This document shows, one piece after another, positions 1 through 9,602 of a stretch of DNA of 50,845 bases. The first letter of the stretch is position 1; every line of letters starts with the position of its first letter. The stretch is from an uncultured Spirochaetales bacterium (GTDB lineage: Bacteria; Spirochaetota; Spirochaetia; JABMQR01): the NCBI GenBank assembly GCA_964605195.1, contig CAZSBC010000006.1, positions 1-50,845 on the forward strand, written 5' to 3'. Both the position numbers and the translations under genes were made by a program. The notes under the pieces were generated by a model, which was not told the origin of the DNA, made no database searches, and saw only the letters and a program-made list of their open reading frames with translations.

Positions 1-1
1 G

Positions 2-628
2 GCTCTGAATCCGCAGATCCAGGAGATCAGGGAGAAGTACAAAGACAATTCGGCGAAGATGAACCAGGAGATGTCGGCCCTCTATAAAAAGGAGAAGGTC
101 AATCCCATGGGAGGATGTCTGCCGATGCTCCTGCAGTTTCCCATATTCATAGCCCTGTATGGGCTGCTGAACAAACATTTTGAGCTGCGCGGGGCAGTAT
201 TCATTCCGGGCTGGATCTCAGATCTCTCTTCACCGGAATCGATATGGAACTTTTCACCGGCCACCATACCCTTTCTGGGAAGCGATTTGCGGTTGCTCCC
301 GATACTATATGTAGCCACGATGATTTTTTCCATGAAAGTCAGCCAGTCCGCCACGGCACAGTCAGCCGGAAGCAATGCCAACATGACAAAGATATTCACC
401 TATGTCATGCCGGGAATGTTCTTCTTCATACTGTATAACGCCCCTTCCGGGCTGATTCTCTACTGGACGGTGATGAATATTGTCACGGTTCTCCAGCAGA
501 CAGTGACAAACAGACTGCGAAAAAGCAGAGATGAACACAATCCGGGTAGTTCCAATCTGAAAATAGTTAAGAAATCCACAACAGGCAAAAATAATGGCAA
601 AGTCAAACCTGCCGGAAAGAAACGATAG
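2..628 (+). CDS. yidC: Membrane protein insertase YidC (5'-partial)
   Basis: Frame is open from window start (ALNPQIQEIREKYKD...). Motifs LYKKEKVNPMGGCLPMLLQFPIF, WISDLS and PSGLILYW. Lies upstream of jag. Confidence 0.97.
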   Translation, partial: ALNPQIQEIREKYKDNSAKMNQEMSALYKKEKVNPMGGCLPMLLQFPIFIALYGLLNKHFELRGAVFIPGWISDLSSPESIWNFSPATIPFLGSDLRLLPILYVATMIFSMKVSQSATAQSAGSNANMTKIFTYVMPGMFFFILYNAPSGLILYWTVMNIVTVLQQTVTNRLRKSRDEHNPGSSNLKIVKKSTTGKNNGKVKPAGKKR

Positions 629-642
629 ATTAGAGGTGCACT

Positions 643-1317
643 ATGGTAAGAGAGTTTGAAGGAAGAACAGAACAGGAAGCCATTGACAATGCAATGGATG
701 AACTGCAGCTGGAAAGAGATAATTTTGATGTTGAAATACTGGAGAGTGAGAAAAAGGGACTGTTCCGCAAGGGGTCGGTAAAGATCCGTATCCATTACAC
801 AGATGGCTCTGCCGTTGAGAAAACCGTCAGGGAACCCTATGCACAGGTTGATATGTCTGAGTATGAAGAGAAGGTTGTGACCTTTGTTGAGAATGTACTC
901 GTAAAAATGGGGTTTCCGGGAGATGTATCGGTTGCTTACCGGAGGGATTACAAACTTGGTATCACGATTGAATCTCCCGATTCCGGCATAATCATCGGTA
1001 AGAAGGGAAAGAACCTCGATGCGCTTCAGCTGCTGACCAACGTATATGCCGGGCAGCTGGATAACTCGAAAAAGGTTATCATCGATAGTGAGAATTACCG
1101 GATACGGCATGAAGAACATCTGGTCAAGCTTGCCTACAAGACGGCTGAGTATGTGAAGAGTACCAAACGTTCCAAATTGCTGGAGCCGATGAACCCCTTT
1201 GAACGCCGGCTGATTCATACCGCACTCAATGATATCATCGATATCGATACCCGCAGTGAAGGAGAGGGGTTGTATAAGCAGGTTCGGGTATTCTACAAGG
1301 GAATCAATAGCAAATAG
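643..1317 (+). CDS. jag: Jag/KhpB (EloR) RNA-binding protein (Jag_N, KH, R3H)
   Basis: KH motif IIGKKGKNLDALQ; R3H motif PMNPFERRLIH; GAGGT RBS; canonical yidC-jag synteny. Confidence 0.96.
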   Translation: MVREFEGRTEQEAIDNAMDELQLERDNFDVEILESEKKGLFRKGSVKIRIHYTDGSAVEKTVREPYAQVDMSEYEEKVVTFVENVLVKMGFPGDVSVAYRRDYKLGITIESPDSGIIIGKKGKNLDALQLLTNVYAGQLDNSKKVIIDSENYRIRHEEHLVKLAYKTAEYVKSTKRSKLLEPMNPFERRLIHTALNDIIDIDTRSEGEGLYKQVRVFYKGINSK

Positions 1318-1362
1318 ACGATTGAAACAGTGGAAACGCTGTATGCAAGCCGGGAGAATTTG

Positions 1363-2532
1363 ATGAAGAGAGAACAGAGAAACTCCTACCTGTTTACTTC
1401 CGAATCTGTCAGTGAAGGACATCCTGACAAACTCTGTGATCAGGTTTCTGATGCCATTCTGGATGCGTGCCTTACAGATGATCCTGCTTCGCGGGTAGCC
1501 TGCGAAACCTTTGCAACTACGGGTATGGTGCTCATTGGTGGAGAGATCACCACTGAGACATATGTTAACTTGCAGAAACTGGTTCGGGATGTTGTCGAGG
1601 AGATTGGATATACCGATCCGTCCTATGGGCTGGATTATGAATCAATGGCGATACTCAATACTATCCATACCCAATCAGAAGATATATCAATGGGCATTAA
1701 CATCTCGGAGGGCGTTAACAGCGGCAAGCAGGGCGCCGGAGACCAGGGAATGATGTTCGGGTATGCCTGTGATGAGACTCCGGAACTGATGCCGGCTCCG
1801 ATCATGTTCAGTCACAAGCTGTTGATACAGGCTGCTGAGCTGCGGAAAGCACGAATTCTCTCCTGGATGCGACCGGATGCCAAAAGCCAGATTACCCTGG
1901 AATATCGAGACGGCCGTCCCTCTCGGATACATACAGTGGTGATGTCCCAGCAGCACCATCCGTCGGTCAGCCAGGATGAAATACACGAAGCTCTCATAGA
2001 AGAGGTCGTGAAACCGGTCCTGGAACCTACAGGGCTGTTTGACAGCCAGACAAGGATTCTTACAAATCCGACCGGCAGGTTTGTCATCGGTGGTCCACAC
2101 GGAGATACCGGGCTTACGGGACGGAAGATTATTGTTGATACCTATGGCGGAATGGGAAGACATGGAGGAGGAGCCTTCAGCGGAAAGGATCCCTCCAAGG
2201 TGGATCGATCGGGGGCCTATATGGCCCGCTACATTGCCAAGAACCTGGTAGCTGCCGGAATCTGTTCCCGTTGCGAGGTTGAGGTAGCCTATGCAATAGG
2301 TGTTCCGGAACCAGTTTCGGTATTGGTGGAGACCTTCGGAACGGGGGTTCTGCCGGATGTAGAGATTGAACAGCTGGTGATCAGGGAGTTTGACCTTACC
2401 CCAGCCGGCATTATTGCCTCCCTTGACCTCCTTCAGCCCATTTACAGGAAAACCGCAGCCTACGGCCATTTTGGAAGGGACCATTTTTCCTGGGAGCAGT
2501 GCGATAGGACTGAAAGCCTGAAGAGGGGTTAG
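1363..2532 (+). CDS. metK: S-adenosylmethionine synthetase
   Basis: [41 protein letters not shown]. Start moved to ATG 1363, which follows GGAG. Confidence 0.98.
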   Translation: MKREQRNSYLFTSESVSEGHPDKLCDQVSDAILDACLTDDPASRVACETFATTGMVLIGGEITTETYVNLQKLVRDVVEEIGYTDPSYGLDYESMAILNTIHTQSEDISMGINISEGVNSGKQGAGDQGMMFGYACDETPELMPAPIMFSHKLLIQAAELRKARILSWMRPDAKSQITLEYRDGRPSRIHTVVMSQQHHPSVSQDEIHEALIEEVVKPVLEPTGLFDSQTRILTNPTGRFVIGGPHGDTGLTGRKIIVDTYGGMGRHGGGAFSGKDPSKVDRSGAYMARYIAKNLVAAGICSRCEVEVAYAIGVPEPVSVLVETFGTGVLPDVEIEQLVIREFDLTPAGIIASLDLLQPIYRKTAAYGHFGRDHFSWEQCDRTESLKRG

Positions 2533-2538
2533 CAGCCG

Positions 2539-3540
2539 TTATAACGATGACCAGTCACCGGCATCAATTTTTTTTGCCAGGGCGGCGGCGCTCTCCGATG
2601 AAAACTGCGCGCCCTGCTGGCTGATAATCTCCCCGGCAAGGAAAGATGCGAGCAAACCGCTTTCAAATGTGGTAAAATTACGACACACTCCCAGCAGGAA
2701 GCCGGCGGCATAGATATCTCCTGCACCGGTTGTGTCGACTGGCTCCTTTCCTTTAACCGGTATTCTGAAAAGCTCGCCCTCATGACTTGCATAGGAACCG
2801 TGTTTCCCATTCTTGACGATTGCTGTACGGCAGATTTTTCCCATGGCCTTAGCACACTCACCGGCATCGTAGTTGTCGAAGAGAATCCGGGCCTCTTCGT
2901 TGTTGGCAAAAACGATGTCGACATGCTCGTCAATCAGCTTGAGGAAGGTTTGCCTGTTTCTGCTCACGGAGAAGGGGTCTGCAATATCAAACGATACCAG
3001 GGTCCCGTGCTCCTTTGCAGCAGTTATCCCGGTCAGTATAGACTGCTTCTGGCTCTCCGTATCCCACATATACCCGGTGAAATGGAAAATTCCGGCTTCC
3101 GCAAGTATCTCCCTGTCAACGTGCTGCGATCCGAAGGCTCTGTTTGCTCCGAGAAAGGTGTTCATTGTCCGTTCCGAATCCGGTGAAATGAGGATAATGC
3201 TCGAACCGGTAGGCTTTCCGCAGACAGAGAGCTGGTCGCGTACCGAGAGCTCCTGCAGTCGTGCCTTATATAAGGAACCATATTCATCGTCACCGACCAT
3301 TCCGGCAGCAACCGAAGGAATTCCAAAAGAGGCAAGTGTGATTATCGTATTTGGGCAGGAGCCTCCGCAACCGTAAGATATTTCTCTGCCGGCAATGAAA
3401 GCAAGCAGTTCGGCTCGTCGATCTGCATCTATCAGGTGCATGGTACCCTTGTGCAGACCCAGCTCAAAGAGATCCTCGTCAGAGACCGGGGCAAAGATAT
3501 CAATCAGCGGATTGCCGATACCATAGACATACGGTTTCAT
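2539..3540 (-). CDS. PfkB-family carbohydrate/nucleoside kinase (adenosine-kinase-like)
   Basis: GIGNPLID, GGSCPNT, ERTMNTFLGA, FANNEEA and DTTGAGD motifs. Confidence 0.9.
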   Translation of the reverse strand: MKPYVYGIGNPLIDIFAPVSDEDLFELGLHKGTMHLIDADRRAELLAFIAGREISYGCGGSCPNTIITLASFGIPSVAAGMVGDDEYGSLYKARLQELSVRDQLSVCGKPTGSSIILISPDSERTMNTFLGANRAFGSQHVDREILAEAGIFHFTGYMWDTESQKQSILTGITAAKEHGTLVSFDIADPFSVSRNRQTFLKLIDEHVDIVFANNEEARILFDNYDAGECAKAMGKICRTAIVKNGKHGSYASHEGELFRIPVKGKEPVDTTGAGDIYAAGFLLGVCRNFTTFESGLLASFLAGEIISQQGAQFSSESAAALAKKIDAGDWSSL

Positions 3541-3546
3541 AACACT

Positions 3547-3575
3547 ATACTATCGGGAAACAGAGGCGTATACAA
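3547..3575 (-). promoter_or_regulatory. Sigma70-type promoter of the pfkB gene (probably leaderless)
   Basis: TTGTAT-17 nt-TAGTAT, then 6 nt to ATG 3540; no SD. Confidence 0.55.
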
Positions 3576-3592
3576 GAAAATAATGTCACGAC

Positions 3593-4276
3593 TTATTCAA
3601 CGGCACGACGCTGCTCGTGACTGAGGCGGTACTGCATATATGCGGCCGCTGTATCTGCCATGTGTTCACAGTGCTGCTGCTTGGATACCCCGGCTTTCCT
3701 CGGTGCCGGGTAGATGGGAGCTTCAATATATAGCTCCACCTTGGGGGGCAGAAATCTTCGATAGGTCAATTTCTCGGTTATGGGTACCACCGGCAGGTTA
3801 AACTTCCGGGCAAGTGAGAAGGCACCGGAGCTGAATGGGCGCAGACCGCTGGAGAAAGGGAGCATTTCCCCTTCGGGAAAAATATGAATTGAGGTAATCG
3901 GTCGTTTCTGCAGGCGCAGACCCAGCGGTTTCAATATCCTGCCGGGCACCTTTTCCGGTATGGGAATGCATCGCAGGAGGCGGATCAGTCGGGATAGAAA
4001 CGGTCGCTTGAAGGTAGCCTCCCTGGCTGTGAAAATAAGGCGTCGCGGCCACACAGCAATGGCAATGAAACCGGGGTCAAGGTAATGACAGTGATTGGAG
4101 ATAAAGATTGCTTGGGGGATTCCCCTCAGATGGGCCCTTCCACGGATTCGGATAGCGAAGAGCAGAGGGTAAAAGAGCAGCTGCAGCATGAAAAAGAGGT
4201 GATAAACCACTGGCGAAAAGAGCCGGTAGAGACGGGAATTGGAGAAGATTTTCACTTCACGATTCTGCTTTTCCAT
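3593..4276 (-). CDS. PlsC-like lysophospholipid/glycolipid acyltransferase
   Basis: NHCHYLD (NHxxxxD) and IFPEG acyltransferase blocks. Overlaps the 3' end of the upstream GT2 gene. Confidence 0.88.
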   Translation of the reverse strand: MEKQNREVKIFSNSRLYRLFSPVVYHLFFMLQLLFYPLLFAIRIRGRAHLRGIPQAIFISNHCHYLDPGFIAIAVWPRRLIFTAREATFKRPFLSRLIRLLRCIPIPEKVPGRILKPLGLRLQKRPITSIHIFPEGEMLPFSSGLRPFSSGAFSLARKFNLPVVPITEKLTYRRFLPPKVELYIEAPIYPAPRKAGVSKQQHCEHMADTAAAYMQYRLSHEQRRAVE

Positions 4277-5385
4277 AGGAAGCCCCTATCTGACTTTGTG
4301 GCAAACACACCTCTGATCAGCATCCAGAGTGCGATCAAAAAGGATACGGGATACAGCAGTGCAATGACTACGGGAAAACGATTGTACAGCAGAACGGTTG
4401 TCCAGGCGCTTAGAAGCAGACTTATCCCGGCATAGAGCAGGAAGGAGATGGTAAAGGGGGCTGAGACAAGCAGGTAGATAAAGGTGAGGGTTGGTAAAAC
4501 AACAAACACCAAAAACAGTGGGACGAGCAGCAGCAATAACCCCGTTTTCTTGTCAAAAAAGTCAAAAATACACTTGGTGATTCCCCGTACGGCCTCACCG
4601 AAGGAGGCATACATGTCACAGGATACCACAGAATTGACGTTGAGAAAAACCTGTCGGTATCCCCGCGAATTAAGCAGCCTTGCCATATGAATGTCATCGG
4701 TCAGGACCCGGGGAATTGCAGCATATCCTCCTACAGCATCATAGGCACTCCTGCGGATACAGAAGTACTGACCGAGAGCAAGGGCGAATGCCGGCAGGGG
4801 ATAGCGCTTCTGTCTCCATACGGGGGTAAAGAAAAGTAGGTTGAGAAAGAGCAGGGAGATGACCATTGCGGTAGACTTGCCTGTGAAGCGCTGTTTGGGA
4901 TAGCCGGAGAGAAAATCCACTCGGTGGTATGCAAGGTTGGTGACGGCAAAGGAGATGCTCTCACTGGCATGGATGGTGTCTGCATCGGTGAACAGCAGTA
5001 TCTCACCGTCGGCATACCCGGCCAGCTGATGAAGGGCATGGTTTTTTCCGTACCATCCGTCCGGAAGCGGTTTCCCGTGGATAACCCGCAGGCAGTCAAG
5101 CTCCTCTTCCAGGGCCATAAGAAGTGTGCCGGTACTATCTGTGGATTGATCGTTGAGAACAATAATTTCTTATTTGGAAGATGTTTGCCGGGCCAGTGAA
5201 TGTATGCAGCGGGCAATTTTATCCTCTTCGTTGCGGGCCGGTATGAGTACCGATACCCTGCTGCCGTCTGTGATGAACGGTCGCAGGGTATAAATCTGCA
5301 TGAAAATAATATTTCGCAGGGTAATATAGAGGGCAAATATTCCCGTAACAGCTGCTACCAGATTGAAAACCTGTTCCCACATCAT
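4252..5385 (-). pseudogene. GT2 glycosyltransferase (CrtQ/HpnB-like membrane GT) interrupted by one in-frame TAA at 5170-5172
   Basis: ORFs 5170..5493 and 4252..5118 share a frame: VSVLIPARNEE...ARQTSSK*EIIVLNDQSTD...GWYGKNHAL...LFTDADT...TDD. Read-through gives ~377 aa. Confidence 0.85.
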
Positions 5386-5392
5386 TACCATA

Positions 5393-5421
5393 AGGCTATA
5401 TAAAGAGAGGATATTGGTCAA
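5393..5421 (-). promoter_or_regulatory. Sigma70-type promoter of the GT2-acyltransferase operon (probably leaderless)
   Basis: TTGACC-17 nt-TAGCCT, then 7 nt to ATG 5385. Confidence 0.55.
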
Positions 5422-6242
5422 TGGAAAAATCCATTTCGGCCAGCACAGCGGCAGAAGATATGGTTGCTGAACGAAACAGCTGGAAAAAAACACTGATCAG
5501 AAAGATTCTCCCGGCAGGGATGCTTGTGCTGTTCGTAATGCCTGTTCCAGCGAATCTTTCAGCAGAAGATATTCCCCAGCCGACATTGATTGCAGAACGG
5601 ACATTCCTGGAAGTTCCGGAAACCCTCTGGCTTCCCGGGGATTTCTCTCCGGAAGAGCTCTCCTTCCTGCACCTGGACAGTGCCATCATCGGGGCAGAGT
5701 TCCTGTACCGATTGGTCGATGTCTTCCCACAGGCAGCCATGGTTGATGTCTATAACGGACTGCTGCGTTACAGTGAGATGCAGGGGCTGCAGTACTACTC
5801 GATGCGGGATGATACAATGCAGACCCTGATCAATGATTCCTACCGGATAGCCGGACCTGAAGACCCTACTCCGCTGGATGATCTTCAGCTGGAGAGGCTG
5901 ATCCCTTCCGTCACAGTGTTTATCAGACAGTATGTAAGGGATTTCAATGAAGTCATCTGGCAGGCAGACTACCGCTGCAGAGAGGGAGTCATAACGATCA
6001 GATTACGGAACACACACCCCCTCTCTTTCGGACCCTTCAGAATCGTTGATACCGGTAAATTTTCGGTCTTCCTAGCTGCCGTTGCTGATGAAACGGATGT
6101 GTTGCTCTATCAGCTAGGAACGGTCACTTCCTCAGGCATGCAGCTGCTGATATTTCTCGGATTGGGAGAGCATCTGGAGGCCTCCTTTTTCCACAGGATG
6201 AAGGCCCTCAATACCATCTACTCATCATCGAAGAACGACTGA
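5421..6242 (+). CDS. Exported protein, DUF6675-like spirochaete family (start uncertain)
   Basis: Signal-peptide-like segment ending NLSA. The MQGLQYYS...SYRIAGPEDPTPLDD and SFFHRMKAL blocks resemble DUF6675. Confidence 0.6.
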   Translation: MEKSISASTAAEDMVAERNSWKKTLIRKILPAGMLVLFVMPVPANLSAEDIPQPTLIAERTFLEVPETLWLPGDFSPEELSFLHLDSAIIGAEFLYRLVDVFPQAAMVDVYNGLLRYSEMQGLQYYSMRDDTMQTLINDSYRIAGPEDPTPLDDLQLERLIPSVTVFIRQYVRDFNEVIWQADYRCREGVITIRLRNTHPLSFGPFRIVDTGKFSVFLAAVADETDVLLYQLGTVTSSGMQLLIFLGLGEHLEASFFHRMKALNTIYSSSKND

Positions 6243-6979
6243 ATGTAGCGGTTGCCCGGATAGATTTCAAGGGACAGGTCTCTCCAGTAGCGGGCCGTCT
6301 TCTCGTCCTCGGTTTTTGTGGCAATAATGGTTCTCAGCAGGTAAAGAGAGAAGAGTTCGAAATCGGGAAGCCCCTCCCGCATCTCCATGCAGAGGTCGGC
6401 AACTTTTCTCGCTTTTCGGACACTTCCCCCGAAGAGGATGGGTGCATGGAGATATCTGTTACCCAGCATCAGCATGGCATGGAAATTATCCTCGTCGTAC
6501 TCTAAGGCCGTGTCGATCAGTTTGGATGAAGCCAGACCGTAGGTGAAGAGATTCTCGAGCGGGTTGATGAGAAACAGACCGCCAGCAAGTTCCGCTTCTA
6601 TGGCATAGGCCTGTGAGGTAAAGGCCTCACTGGAGAAGCTGCTCTCATGGAGAGCCTTCTCGGCAATTTTCAGGTAGGCTTTCCCTGCATCACGGTCCAG
6701 GCAGTACTCCTCAACGGCTAGGTGCTTTCCCAGAAGAACTGTTGCATGGGCATACAACAGTACTGCCGTGTTCCGGTCCGCTATTTCAGTTATATGGTCA
6801 ATAAGCTGATCATATCGGGAATGGATAAGGGTGATCGGTTTGGCGTTGTAGAGACTCTCCGTAAATGCTGTAAAGAGCGGATCATGGTAGTGCCTGTTCA
6901 ACAGATCATAATCGGTACTGTTAGCTGCTGATAGAGGAAGTGCAGCAATGCAGAGCAGTATGACGATGACCCATCGCAT
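6218..6979 (-). CDS. Secreted alpha-helical/TPR-like hypothetical protein
   Basis: Signal peptide MRWVIVILLCIAALPLSA; helical repeats; YLHAPILFGGS...KA and LEIYPGN segments. Confidence 0.7.
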   Translation of the reverse strand: MRWVIVILLCIAALPLSAANSTDYDLLNRHYHDPLFTAFTESLYNAKPITLIHSRYDQLIDHITEIADRNTAVLLYAHATVLLGKHLAVEEYCLDRDAGKAYLKIAEKALHESSFSSEAFTSQAYAIEAELAGGLFLINPLENLFTYGLASSKLIDTALEYDEDNFHAMLMLGNRYLHAPILFGGSVRKARKVADLCMEMREGLPDFELFSLYLLRTIIATKTEDEKTARYWRDLSLEIYPGNRYIQSFFDDE

Positions 6980-7069
6980 AATGATGTTTTGCAGGGGTTT
7001 CTGTGCAGCCATATGCAATAGTAGCATAATTTGTTACATTTGATATAGACATATTATGAAGGCAGCATC

Positions 7070-8182
7070 ATGCAGGATAGAGGCATGCAAACACTCCCCG
7101 AAACAACGCTCTCAGAGGCCGGATATATCGTACGATACAGCGGCATGACAGCATTGGACTGCTATTACCGCAGAGCTGCGGGAAGCATCATTGATATTGA
7201 AACCAATGCTGACCTCATAGCCCTTTCCACACTCTTCGATACCATAGAATTCCCCGGTGAGGAGCGTATTGATGCCGTGATAGAGTTCGGGGATGAGTGC
7301 CAGTACGCAATACGGATCATTGACACCGAAGAAGACCATGCTTCACCACTGCCTCCTCTCCGCTTCTACTACTACCCGGCCCGCAGGATCTTTCTCGATT
7401 CCTATGACAGCTATCGTCTGATCAGAAACCGGGAAGGTATAGATATCTCCCAGGTCAAACAGTTACTGACCGGCAGCAGCTACTGGCATACCATTGGCGA
7501 TATAGCCGAAGCAGCAGCCCGGTATGATTGGGATATGGTACCTTCCGGAGAGCTTTCAACACTGCACGGCAGCAGCAACCCACTGCTGGTGAGCCGGGAA
7601 CAGCGAAAAATTCTGCAGCGGCTGCTTGAGTCACCATTCCCCGGGAGAGGACTGGCACTGTTGATGGATTCCGGATTTGTTCATGCCCACTGGCCGCTGA
7701 TTGCCGCAATGCAGGGCATAGCACAGGATAAGGATTTTCATCCCGAAGGAGATGTCTGGAACCATACGCTGGAGATGTTCCGTTACCAGAAGGAGCCGGA
7801 TAGAGAGATTGCCATGGGTATCCTGCTCCATGACTGCGGTAAGGCCTATTCGCAGAAACAGAACAACAATGAATTTGACAGACACTCCCAGATCGGGGCT
7901 GACAGGGGATTCCGTTTCCTGCAGGGACTTGGGTTCCCGGAAGAGTATATAACCCACGTCAGGTACCTTGTCACCCATCATATGCTGCCGGCGCACATTG
8001 CTGAAATTCCGCACCGGTCCATCGAACCAGTTCTCGCAAATCCGCTCTTCCCCAAACTGCTTGAACTCTACAGATGTGATATTTCATCCTCATTCAGGGA
8101 CCCTGAAGGGTATTACCGAGCCTGTGAATCCTACCGCAGGTTCAAGAAGCTCAAACGGAATCCCTACAGAGCGAAGCTGTGA
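7070..8182 (+). CDS. HD-domain protein of the CCA/poly(A) polymerase type with a degenerate N-terminal nucleotidyltransferase domain
   Basis: FHPEGDVWNHT...LLHDCGK...HH HD domain. The N-terminus follows the class II NTase head (GY...DIETNA) but lacks GG-x-VRD, DxD and RRDFT. Confidence 0.8.
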   Translation: MQDRGMQTLPETTLSEAGYIVRYSGMTALDCYYRRAAGSIIDIETNADLIALSTLFDTIEFPGEERIDAVIEFGDECQYAIRIIDTEEDHASPLPPLRFYYYPARRIFLDSYDSYRLIRNREGIDISQVKQLLTGSSYWHTIGDIAEAAARYDWDMVPSGELSTLHGSSNPLLVSREQRKILQRLLESPFPGRGLALLMDSGFVHAHWPLIAAMQGIAQDKDFHPEGDVWNHTLEMFRYQKEPDREIAMGILLHDCGKAYSQKQNNNEFDRHSQIGADRGFRFLQGLGFPEEYITHVRYLVTHHMLPAHIAEIPHRSIEPVLANPLFPKLLELYRCDISSSFRDPEGYYRACESYRRFKKLKRNPYRAKL

Positions 8183-8211
8183 TACGCATCCCTGCAGATG
8201 GAATTATCTTG

Positions 8212-8240
8212 TTGCAAAAGTCAGGAAAGCCTTATAGAGT
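8212..8240 (+). promoter_or_regulatory. Sigma70-type promoter of murA (probably leaderless)
   Basis: TTGCAA-17 nt-TAGAGT, then 6 nt to ATG 8247; no SD. Confidence 0.6.
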
Positions 8241-8246
8241 GAACTC

Positions 8247-9554
8247 ATGAGCAGGTATCTGATTCAGGGCGGTAAAGCTCTCAAAGGAGAAATAACTTCC
8301 AGCGGCAACAAGAATGCCGCCCTGCCCTGCATTGCTGCCGCCCTGCTGACGGAAGAAACCGTCGTGCTGCATAATATTCCCGATATTGAGGATGTCCATG
8401 TGATGCTCAGCATCATGCGCTCCGTGGGGGCTGATGTACAGTATGTCCGGGGAGGCGCCTGCACGCTACGCACCGGGACTATATCCGGTATTATCCCCGA
8501 AAGGGAGGCGGCTGACATCAGGGCCTCGATCCTCTTTGCCGGTCCGCTGCTGGCCACCGTCGGTAAAGTGGTGCTGCCACCTCCCGGTGGAGATGTAATC
8601 GGATTGCGCCGGCTTGATACGCATTTCCTTGCCTTCAAGTCGATGGGGGTCAGGGTTGAGATGCAGGAAGACAACTCAATAATTCTGGAAATCAGCGGAA
8701 CGGCACTGCTGGGGGCCGATATCTTTCTTGAAGAGATGTCTGTTACGGCAACCGAAAATACCATAATGGCTGCTGCTGCCGCCCGGGGAACTTCGGTGAT
8801 ACGAAACGCTGCCAGTGAACCCCACATCCAGGATCTCTGCCACCTGCTCGTTCTGATGGGGGTGAAGATCTCAGGGATCGGATCCAACCTGCTTGTGATT
8901 GAAGGCTGCCCGAAACGTCACGGCGCCGAGTTTACCATCGGACCCGATTTCATGGAGATCGGATCCTATATCGGGCTTGCTGCTGCGACAAAGGGTGAGG
9001 TCACCATCAATAATGTTGATATCGGTCAGCTTGCCATGATCAGGAACGGGTTCAAGAAGGTCGGTGTAACCTGGGAAGAGTTCCCCGGAGAGAGGGACCC
9101 CAGGCAGTCACAAGTGCGAATATCGGCTGAACAGCAACGGACCATTGTTCCCGATATCAGCGGAATGATTCCAAAGATCGACGATGCTCCCTGGCCGGGA
9201 TTTCCGCCCGATTTACTGAGTATCATTACCGTGGTGGCAACCCAGTCCGAGGGGACAGTGCTGATCCATGAGAAGCTGTTCGAGTCGAGAATGTTCTTTA
9301 TCGATATGCTGATCCGCATGGGAGCAAGAATCATTCTCTGTGACCCTCACCGGGCGGTTGTCTCGGGACCCTGCCGATTGCGAGGTACCCTGGTAACCTC
9401 ACCGGACATTCGGGCAGGTATGGCCCTGGTAATTGCAGCTCTCTCAGCTCACGGGCAAAGTGAAATCCAGAATGTCTATCAGATAGAGCGGGGGTATGAG
9501 GATCTCTGCCGAAAACTGCGACTTCTCGGGGCCGATATTGTACGGGAAAGTTGA
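8247..9554 (+). CDS. murA: UDP-N-acetylglucosamine 1-carboxyvinyltransferase (Asp-type)
   Basis: GNKNAALP, IRASIL, PGGDVIG.R, SVTATEN, PWPGFPPD, DIRAG and IERGYE motifs. Confidence 0.97.
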   Translation: MSRYLIQGGKALKGEITSSGNKNAALPCIAAALLTEETVVLHNIPDIEDVHVMLSIMRSVGADVQYVRGGACTLRTGTISGIIPEREAADIRASILFAGPLLATVGKVVLPPPGGDVIGLRRLDTHFLAFKSMGVRVEMQEDNSIILEISGTALLGADIFLEEMSVTATENTIMAAAAARGTSVIRNAASEPHIQDLCHLLVLMGVKISGIGSNLLVIEGCPKRHGAEFTIGPDFMEIGSYIGLAAATKGEVTINNVDIGQLAMIRNGFKKVGVTWEEFPGERDPRQSQVRISAEQQRTIVPDISGMIPKIDDAPWPGFPPDLLSIITVVATQSEGTVLIHEKLFESRMFFIDMLIRMGARIILCDPHRAVVSGPCRLRGTLVTSPDIRAGMALVIAALSAHGQSEIQNVYQIERGYEDLCRKLRLLGADIVRES

Positions 9555-9602
9555 TGACGGCATAATGCCGCATATATATGTATAGAAGGCAGGTTTCAAT
9601 TA

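Noticed and set aside
1318-1362. SAM riboswitch upstream of metK
   Set aside because: Only ~45 nt separate jag from metK, and no SAM-I or SMK signature is present.
5119-5200. Programmed frameshift or selenocysteine/pyrrolysine recoding in the GT2 gene
   Set aside because: Both halves are in the same frame, and the stop is TAA rather than TGA or TAG.
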